Positions 7,677 through 14,087 of a stretch of 14,087 nt of DNA are shown here, piece by piece. Origin of the DNA: Myxococcota bacterium. GTDB taxonomy: Bacteria; Myxococcota_A; UBA796; GCA-2862545. The stretch's first letter is position 1. Each line of letters opens with the position of its first letter. The position numbers and the translations under genes are program-made. The stretch is from positions 1 to 14,087 of the forward strand of contig JBCCQY010000197.1 in assembly GCA_039208735.1 (NCBI GenBank). The letters run 5' to 3'. The notes beneath the pieces are model-generated. The model was not told the DNA's origin and did not search any database. It saw only the letters and a program-made list of their open reading frames with translations.

Positions 7677-9794
7677 ATGTCCGAGCCTTTCTACATGGCC
7701 AGCGTAATTTTCGGCGATGCAGATGGAGAATGGGCCGATGGCCAAATTCCCCTCGAACACCTGAGTGCCATCGATTTCTGGCGCATCAACGCCGAGCGCA
7801 TCCGAAGTGAGCCATACTACCCTGATAATCCTGACTACATCAACATCTTCAGCCCGTTTCAGCTCGAGACGGTCACCGAGGTTGGGTTTTCGTTCCGGGG
7901 GCCGGCGGACGCCTTCCGAAATGCCTTTGGCATCGATCCCGAGGGCGTTCCTGCCATCGTTGCATACCCTGACACCCTCGTAGATGCCGGAGACGTCGCG
8001 TTTGAGCTCGCGATTGGGCTACAACCGGTCGGTCCCCCGACCCGCCGCACAGTGCTCACGGGGCTTGGAGCGATGGGGGTCATCGCTTGCACCGATGGGC
8101 CTCTCCCGGACCCCGATGACCCCACAGGCACCACCGGGCAAACGGGCGCCGAAACCGGGATGTATACTCGCCTTCCGTCTGGATGCGAGGATGGTGCGCG
8201 TCTTCCCTGGCCCACCCGCACCGATGAGATTCCTGAAGCGTTGGGCCTCGTCGACACCCACGCCGACGGATTCCGCGGTCGCAGCGGACTCGTGGCCGTC
8301 GTCGACTCGGGCGTGCTCCCCCCGGCGGGAAGCGGCCCATGGCTCCAGACCCTTGCCGTAGGCGGGCTCACCCCCACCGAAGACGAACTTGGGCACGGGA
8401 CGGCGGTAATCGAGCACCTGCGGGCTACCGCTCCCGACGTCGAAGTGCGTTCGATCAAATGCATCGACCGTAGTGGATGGGCCAACTTCCCGGTGGCTGG
8501 CTTTCAGCTTGCATTGGAGCGCAACGTGCGCCAGCCCGACGTGGTCCTGTGTAGCTGGGTCCTTCTCGAACTGTCAGTGGCCCTGCCGCGCGAGATTGCC
8601 AATGCGTTGGCCCGGGATGTGGTCGTCGTGTTTGCAGCGGGGAACGGACAAATGCGCGATATCTCGGCGGCCGATGCGACCTTGCCCGTGCCGCCCGAAT
8701 CCACGTTGCCCGAAGAGATCCAACTCGAGGTTAGCAACGCGAGCTTTGGCGATCGCACCGTGCACGCCATCGCCCACCCTGACGCGCTGGTGGTCGGTGG
8801 GCTGGTGGCGTATTGCAACGATGACGGCGTTCTCGAAGAGCAGAACGTGGCCACCGCCTACGACAGCGCCCTGTACGGCCCCGACAACCTCGCCATGGAC
8901 TTTGCAGGCGCGCGTCCGGTGCCCGATGTGTGCGGACTTGTCGCGCCATTGCCCCTGGCCGGCGACGCTCCGGTCCTCACCGAAACCCGTACCGCCCCTG
9001 ACAGTGTGCTCGATCGCAAGCCGGACGGAACGCCATCTGACAACGGCACGGTGATCACGTCGGGCTCATCCATGGCCGCGGCTCATGTGGCGGGCGTCGC
9101 GGCGATTTTGCGTCAAGCGGTGCCCGTGCTCTCCGCCCGCGCCGTCAAGAACGTGCTCATCACCACGGCCTCCAATCCGACGTGGCGACCGCGGTCTGGG
9201 TGGGGACTCGTGCGGGCGGCGACGCAAATCGCCGCTGGCGACAAGCCGACGGCGCTGACCTGGCTCGAGCCCGTGGCCGCTCCCTTCATCCGCTCCCGCA
9301 TCGATGACCTGGGCGTGGCCTTGCCCCGCGACGTCGACACCGACTCCGACGGGTTTCCCACCTCGCCCGACCTGTTCCTGCGCGACGACGACACGCAGCT
9401 TAGCCCCAACACGCGCTTCGGGTTGGTGGCCAAGCACATCACCGGGTCGCGGCTCCATGCATCGGATGGCGCGCGCTTCCTCTACGTGCGGGTCACCAAC
9501 CGAGGGCAACAGCCTTACAGCAACGTCGCGACCCTCTACGTCGCACTGCCCACCGCGGAAGTGCAAACCGTACGGGTCGTTGAATTCGATCAACGCGATG
9601 TCGAGGTCGACCCAGGTGACTTTGTGGTCCTTCCCTTGGTGGAGCTGCCCGCCGATGCCCGTGGCGTCATCATCGAATTGGCCGATTCCACCGCTTCCGT
9701 CGTGATGACCGGCAATCGAACCCTCACCGAGTTGCGAGGATGGGTCGAGAACAACTTGACGGTCGCCATTCAGACCTTGCCCGGAGGTGCATGA
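7677..9794 (+). CDS. S8 subtilisin-family serine peptidase with a pro-region and a C-terminal beta domain (705 aa)
   Basis: Start moved to ATG 7677 (GAGGAG RBS, 7 nt after the bEBP stop). VAVVDSG (Asp210), GHGTAV (His240), AAGNG (Asn323), SGSSMAAAHVAG (Ser465) and GWGLV. Confidence 0.9.
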   Translation: MSEPFYMASVIFGDADGEWADGQIPLEHLSAIDFWRINAERIRSEPYYPDNPDYINIFSPFQLETVTEVGFSFRGPADAFRNAFGIDPEGVPAIVAYPDTLVDAGDVAFELAIGLQPVGPPTRRTVLTGLGAMGVIACTDGPLPDPDDPTGTTGQTGAETGMYTRLPSGCEDGARLPWPTRTDEIPEALGLVDTHADGFRGRSGLVAVVDSGVLPPAGSGPWLQTLAVGGLTPTEDELGHGTAVIEHLRATAPDVEVRSIKCIDRSGWANFPVAGFQLALERNVRQPDVVLCSWVLLELSVALPREIANALARDVVVVFAAGNGQMRDISAADATLPVPPESTLPEEIQLEVSNASFGDRTVHAIAHPDALVVGGLVAYCNDDGVLEEQNVATAYDSALYGPDNLAMDFAGARPVPDVCGLVAPLPLAGDAPVLTETRTAPDSVLDRKPDGTPSDNGTVITSGSSMAAAHVAGVAAILRQAVPVLSARAVKNVLITTASNPTWRPRSGWGLVRAATQIAAGDKPTALTWLEPVAAPFIRSRIDDLGVALPRDVDTDSDGFPTSPDLFLRDDDTQLSPNTRFGLVAKHITGSRLHASDGARFLYVRVTNRGQQPYSNVATLYVALPTAEVQTVRVVEFDQRDVEVDPGDFVVLPLVELPADARGVIIELADSTASVVMTGNRTLTELRGWVENNLTVAIQTLPGGA

Positions 9795-10504
9795 TGCTGC
9801 GCATACCCTCAACCCGAACCGGCGTTGAAATCCTGGGCACCGAATCCACGCACTTCGTGCCCATTGGACCGCCGTACAGCCCCGTGCTGACCGGTGACTT
9901 CATTTCCGTCAACGCGGGCCTGTTTGCCCATCCTGCACTGTGGGCACACGAGATTCGGAGCACCAATGGGCAGCAATTGCTCGGCTACTTCATCTTGTGT
10001 CCTGGCGACAAGCTCACCAACGATCGGTTCCTCGCAACGCAAACCGTCCTTGCCGATGCCGGCCCCCTCGGTGTCGATGCCGCCTACTTTGGCTTTCGAC
10101 CAGGCGAAGAGCACTGGATTTGGCTTGGTAATCCTTGGCCCAACGATTTCGTATTGCGCGGGCTCGACTTTCCGATCGTCTTGACGGCGTCGCTGCTTGG
10201 TCAGCCCCGTTACGCCTACCCGATCGACCAGTTTGCCCCTGGTGCACCGTTTAAGGCGTTGACCGGTGAACGCTGGGAGATCCGTACCGATCCGGGGGCG
10301 CCACCGGTGGGCTACCTCGGCATCGACGAGCAGGACGATGCCCAGGTGTGGGCCGCCGATCCCAAGGCGTTGTTCCAGCGGCTAATTCCACCGTTCAAGG
10401 ATGGGCGGTGGCGTTTTCGTAAGGCCAGTACGGCCACCCCCAACACGTTTGTGCCCCTGACGCGACGTCGTCTGGGTCGCATCGACCTGGCGTCACGAAA
10501 CTGA
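9791..10504 (+). CDS. Hypothetical protein (237 aa), translationally coupled to the subtilase
   Basis: ATGA start/stop overlap with the subtilase gene, preceded by GGAGGT. Plausible aromatic, beta-rich composition. No signal peptide and no recognisable family. Confidence 0.7.
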   Translation: MMLRIPSTRTGVEILGTESTHFVPIGPPYSPVLTGDFISVNAGLFAHPALWAHEIRSTNGQQLLGYFILCPGDKLTNDRFLATQTVLADAGPLGVDAAYFGFRPGEEHWIWLGNPWPNDFVLRGLDFPIVLTASLLGQPRYAYPIDQFAPGAPFKALTGERWEIRTDPGAPPVGYLGIDEQDDAQVWAADPKALFQRLIPPFKDGRWRFRKASTATPNTFVPLTRRRLGRIDLASRN

Positions 10505-13327
10505 TCGAACGAGCCGAAAGCCGATGGTGAGGGCGCGGTCACCCGGCGGGGCCACAAGGCGGCTGGCGGTTCGCGACGATGATGCCTGGGAGGAGAACGC
10601 TCCCCCGCGCATCATTCGGTAGGGGCCTTCCGGGGGGGCCAACAGATCGATGCGCGGACCACCCGGGCCCTCGCGTCGATAGCCATTCCGGCACCATTCC
10701 CGCACATTGCCGACCATGTCGCGAATCCCATACGGACTCACATCTGCCGCAAACGCGCCCACCCGATGAATCTTCGGCGTCGACGCGTGGGATGCAAGCG
10801 TGCACGCAAACTGTCCATCGAGGAATCGCCCCCACGCAAACGGCCGTCCATCCACACCTCGCGCTGCCTTCTCCCATTCCTGGTCGTGCGGAAGCCGCCA
10901 GGGGAGACCTTGCTGATCAGCAACCCACTCCGCATACGCCGTGGCGGCGTGCCACGAGATGCTCGTGACCGGCCAATTCGGCTCGATTTCCCTTGGTCCG
11001 ACCGCGAATTCGGTGCGCTGCCACCGTCCCTCAACCCAGGCGAGGAGCGGCCGCTGACCGGCCTCCGAGGGAGCCGCCGGCACGAGTGAATCGAGATCCT
11101 CGCCATGCGCTCGGCGGGCGTCGAGAAAGGTCGTGTATTCGGCCACGGTGACGGGAAAGCGCCTCACCACCACACTGTCGAGCCAACGAAGCGCCCGAGG
11201 CAGTCCATCTCCGGCATCCGGATCACCACCGCTTACAAACCAGCCCGCAGGGACGAAGCAATCGTCTTTGCTCAACGCACCTCTTGGAGGCAGCACGATG
11301 GGCTTGGGGGTCTGCCCGTCGGGAGGGCATCCCGTCCAGTTTGTGCCTCGCTCGATCCACACCGGGTAGGTCACCGGGTCGGTGTCGGGATGCTCGATGC
11401 ACAACCGCCAGCTCCCCCGGGCCAGTGGCACCTCGATCAGCGGTGTGGTTCCAAGTTCACCAACCCGCTCCGGCACCATCTGCCGGTCGCGCTCGACGTA
11501 GCGTTCGAGGTGGACCTGTGCTCCTGCAGGCTCCGTGATCAGGGTGAGCAGGCCACCTTGTTCGAGCCAGTTGCGAAAACGTCCCCCGTCGTGGTCTTCG
11601 AGCAACGTACGAAGACGGGCCACCGCGGGCCGGGCTTCTGACGCTTCTGCCCGGAGGAGCTGAGTTTGGTACAACGTCGCGATGCGCGTCAGGACTTCAG
11701 GGTGGTAGGGGTCGTGATCCAGTGCTGCACGAAGCCCCTGTTCATAGCGGGTTTCCAGTACTTGGGCTTCGACCTCAAGTTCCGCCGCTTGGTCTTCCAT
11801 CGCCCAGGCGTGGACCTTGTCGGCGAGGGGCGACCACGGATGGACCCCATCGAGAGCTTTGGTCGCCTCTTTTTGGAGTTGCAGGGCGTTGGATCGCAGG
11901 GTGCCGGCATCGGCCAACAGCGGTAGCGCTGCTTCGACCGATGCATCCGCGCGGCGGCGGCGAGCCAACCCGTCGAGCCAGGAACGTAGCGCTTCTGCCA
12001 CCACACTGGCGTCGTCGGGGCGGTCGTTGGGGTCTGGGGCGATGCAGACCAACGCCAGGTCCTTTAACTCCGGAGGGGCCTCGGCTTCGTTCGACCACAA
12101 CTCGCGCAGGATGCAGCCCAGTGCGTACACGTCGCGCCGCGCGTCGCCGGGATGTCCGGGCACCACTTCAGGGGCCAGGTACCGAGGACTGCCCACCACT
12201 CTGCCGAACACCGTCGCATCTCCACCGGTCGTCCGCAGATCGGGAGCTGCAACCTCGGTGACTTTCGCAATGCCCCAGTCCATGACCCGCACTTCACCGT
12301 GGCGCCCCACCATCAGGTTCGCGGGCTTCAGGTCGCGGTGCACCACGCCTCGCTCATGGGCGTAGGCCACCGCTTCACAGACCCGAACCACGATATCGAC
12401 CAGCCTCGGCAAGGGCCACGTGCCTTCGGCCAGCACCTCGGCGAGCGTTTGGCCTTGCACCACCTCCATCGTGTAGAACGGACGACCGTGGGCATCTTCT
12501 CCGACCGTGTGAACCGACACGATGCCCGGGTGCTGCAACTGTGCCGTGAGCTGGGCTTCGGCCACAAATCGGCGAGGTTCAAGCAAGCCTTCCTTGCGAC
12601 GCTTGAGGGCCACGCGGCGGTTGAGGAGTCGGTCTTCGGCCTCCCAGACCTCCCCCATCCCTCCTTCACCGAGCTTTCGACCGAAGTGGTAGCGGCCCTC
12701 CCCCTTGGCGAACGCTGATTGCAAGGCCAGCGCCTCGGTGAGGATGTCGAGTGGATGGGCTTCGTGCAACGCGGCAAGGAGCGGGTCCATCAGGTCGGCC
12801 GGGAGGCGCAGGGCCTCGAGTTGACCCGCGAGGGCGTGCCAGTCGTCTTCGGGCGCAAAAGGGCCGCTTAGTGCGGGCCAGGGAAGCCGCATGCGCCCCG
12901 CGTCCGTCACCATGATTGGGGCGTGGAGGCCGCCGTGCGGCACGCCCGCATTGTGAAACCGGGCCAGGGCCTCGACCGCATCGACCGTGGCCTGGATGTG
13001 GCCGGCGACGTCAAGGTCGCCCAGGATTCCCGGGGGTGGGGGGTCGCGGGTGGGTTGACCTTCCAGGATCTGCCAGCCCAGCACCTGCGGATGCAGGTCG
13101 TTCGTCATGGCGATCCGGTCGCGGGCCTCGTCATCGAGCACCGCGAGGCCGGGCACGAGCGCAGCTAAGGGGACGACGGAGGGCTCAGGGGCCATCGTTT
13201 CGTCCCGGGTCACCTCGAGCAGCCCGTCGCGGAGTTTCCGGCAGATGGCGCAGGTCGACAGGTGTTCCAGGACCTCGTCGGAAAGCGGATCCGTCGCAAG
13301 TGCGGCCAGCGGCGGATGGTCCCCCAT
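10493..13327 (-). CDS. Hanks-type Ser/Thr kinase fused to PEGA-like and FGE/sulfatase-modifying-factor-like domains, with an N-terminal HxxxCxxC motif and a degenerate kinase segment (944 aa)
   Basis: Start moved to ATG 13327, 2 nt after the upstream stop; ATG 13342 is also possible. Kinase motifs GEGGMGEV, VALK, HPGIV, HRDLKPAN, DWG, GSPRYLAPE and DVYALG. PEGA-like LITEPAGAQV...GTTPL. FGE motifs FPVTVAEY, WPVTSISW, RLPHDQEWEKAARG, DMVGNVREW, RGGAF and GFRLVR. Confidence 0.93.
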   Translation of the reverse strand: MGDHPPLAALATDPLSDEVLEHLSTCAICRKLRDGLLEVTRDETMAPEPSVVPLAALVPGLAVLDDEARDRIAMTNDLHPQVLGWQILEGQPTRDPPPPGILGDLDVAGHIQATVDAVEALARFHNAGVPHGGLHAPIMVTDAGRMRLPWPALSGPFAPEDDWHALAGQLEALRLPADLMDPLLAALHEAHPLDILTEALALQSAFAKGEGRYHFGRKLGEGGMGEVWEAEDRLLNRRVALKRRKEGLLEPRRFVAEAQLTAQLQHPGIVSVHTVGEDAHGRPFYTMEVVQGQTLAEVLAEGTWPLPRLVDIVVRVCEAVAYAHERGVVHRDLKPANLMVGRHGEVRVMDWGIAKVTEVAAPDLRTTGGDATVFGRVVGSPRYLAPEVVPGHPGDARRDVYALGCILRELWSNEAEAPPELKDLALVCIAPDPNDRPDDASVVAEALRSWLDGLARRRRADASVEAALPLLADAGTLRSNALQLQKEATKALDGVHPWSPLADKVHAWAMEDQAAELEVEAQVLETRYEQGLRAALDHDPYHPEVLTRIATLYQTQLLRAEASEARPAVARLRTLLEDHDGGRFRNWLEQGGLLTLITEPAGAQVHLERYVERDRQMVPERVGELGTTPLIEVPLARGSWRLCIEHPDTDPVTYPVWIERGTNWTGCPPDGQTPKPIVLPPRGALSKDDCFVPAGWFVSGGDPDAGDGLPRALRWLDSVVVRRFPVTVAEYTTFLDARRAHGEDLDSLVPAAPSEAGQRPLLAWVEGRWQRTEFAVGPREIEPNWPVTSISWHAATAYAEWVADQQGLPWRLPHDQEWEKAARGVDGRPFAWGRFLDGQFACTLASHASTPKIHRVGAFAADVSPYGIRDMVGNVREWCRNGYRREGPGGPRIDLLAPPEGPYRMMRGGAFSSQASSSRTASRLVAPPGDRALTIGFRLVRSVS

Positions 13328-13329
13328 GG

Positions 13330-13749
13330 TTAGCCGCAGCATCCCTTCGAGGCAGGCGGAAGGCCTGTGCCCATCGAATCCGCATCGGCGGTGCGGACCC
13401 AAAGCTCCCACTCATGGCCATCGGGGTCGGTGGTCCAGAACTTGTCGGCGACGGCGTAACAGCACGTCACCTGCTCTTCGATGCGGATGGGGAGCCCCGC
13501 TGCTTCGGCGCGGGTTTGAAAGGCGGCAAGGGCGTCGCCATCGGGCAGTTCGACGCCGTAGTGACGCGCTCCGTTCGCGTGGTCGGGGTTCGCCGTTCCT
13601 TTCACCAAAGCCAGCATGATTGCAGGCGTATCGAGTCGAAAGTTCGCGTAGTCGTCGCGACGTTTGGTCACCGTTTGGCCGAAGAGGGCTTCGTAGAACG
13701 GAACACTGCGATCAATGGCTTCGACCGGCAAGCTGATATGGACACGCAT
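13330..13749 (-). CDS. ArsI/CadI-family VOC (glyoxalase-superfamily) metalloenzyme (139 aa)
   Basis: Start moved to ATG 13749 (GGGAG RBS). Metal-ligand triad His4 (VHISL), His63 (RHYGV) and Glu115 (DPDGHEWE). Vicinal Cys96-Cys97 in the family motif TCCYAxxDKxW, plus a second CC pair at the C-terminus. Confidence 0.9.
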   Translation of the reverse strand: MRVHISLPVEAIDRSVPFYEALFGQTVTKRRDDYANFRLDTPAIMLALVKGTANPDHANGARHYGVELPDGDALAAFQTRAEAAGLPIRIEEQVTCCYAVADKFWTTDPDGHEWELWVRTADADSMGTGLPPASKGCCG

Positions 13750-13798
13750 CGGTTTCTCCCGAAAGAGAGTATCGTCGGGGGCCAGCATGGAGGAGCCC

Positions 13799-14086
13799 GT
13801 GAAGCTGCCGTTCTACCAGGTGGACGCGTTTTCGTCGGCCCCATTTGGGGGAAACCCTGCTGCGGTCGTGCGCATGTCGTCGTGGCTTGCCGATGATGTG
13901 CTTCAGGCCATTGCGGCGGAGAACAACTTGTCCGAGACCGCCTTTGTGTGTCCCAAGGGGCCTGGAGAGTACGACCTTCGCTGGTTTACGCCGACCGTTG
14001 AGGTGGACCTGTGCGGGCATGCCACCCTGGCTACCGGCCATGTGTTGCTCACCGAGGATGACGGGCTCGATGCCGTCGCGCTTGAC
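13799..14086 (+). CDS. PhzF/YddE-family isomerase/epimerase, 3' end runs off the window
   Basis: Not in the ORF track; translated by hand: VKLPFYQVDAFSSAPFGGNPAAVV...IAAENNLSETAFV...LRWFTPTVEVDLCGHATLA, all hallmark motifs. GGAGG precedes GTG 13799; an in-frame ATG lies at 13787. Confidence 0.95.
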   Translation, partial: MKLPFYQVDAFSSAPFGGNPAAVVRMSSWLADDVLQAIAAENNLSETAFVCPKGPGEYDLRWFTPTVEVDLCGHATLATGHVLLTEDDGLDAVALD

Positions 14087-14087
14087 A

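Noticed and set aside
10493..10700. FGE-type C-terminus as a diversity-generating retroelement target
   Set aside because: No reverse transcriptase and no template-repeat copy were seen in the window.
12916..14041. ORFs 12916..13896(+) and 13712..14041(-)
   Set aside because: They conflict with the kinase, VOC and PhzF frames, which have diagnostic motifs.
13799..14086. Phenazine biosynthesis cluster
   Set aside because: PhzF-like genes with the LCGH motif are widespread as stand-alone genes, and no other phz genes are visible.
1..14087. CRISPR arrays, tRNA/rRNA genes, transposases, integrases
   Set aside because: None were recognised; the window is almost fully accounted for by protein-coding genes.

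Overview
GC-rich bacterial DNA whose gene content suggests Myxococcota (inference from an FHA-bEBP, a kinase-FGE fusion and lipoprotein proteases; not proven). There are eleven credible CDSs. Left to right: a partial CoxG/SRPBCC gene (-), a Cys-rich lipoprotein (+), a probable tandem winged-helix protein (-) and an FMN alpha-hydroxy-acid oxidase (+). Next comes a + strand cluster behind a consensus sigma-54 promoter (3693-3707): a papain-family (C1A) lipoprotein with three Ig/PKD-like repeats, an FHA-AAA+-HTH enhancer-binding protein whose GAFTGA loop is replaced by NYPNPG, an S8 subtilase with an internal Tat-lipoprotein-like segment, and a translationally coupled unknown protein. This cluster converges on a - strand pair: an ArsI/CadI VOC gene and a ZAS-pseudokinase-kinase-PEGA-FGE fusion. 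A partial PhzF-family gene (+) ends the window. The best candidate for an undescribed system is the 3.7-13.3 kb kinase / atypical FHA-bEBP / two-protease module. No RNA genes, CRISPR arrays or mobile elements were seen. All family calls come from motif recognition by eye; no database search was run.
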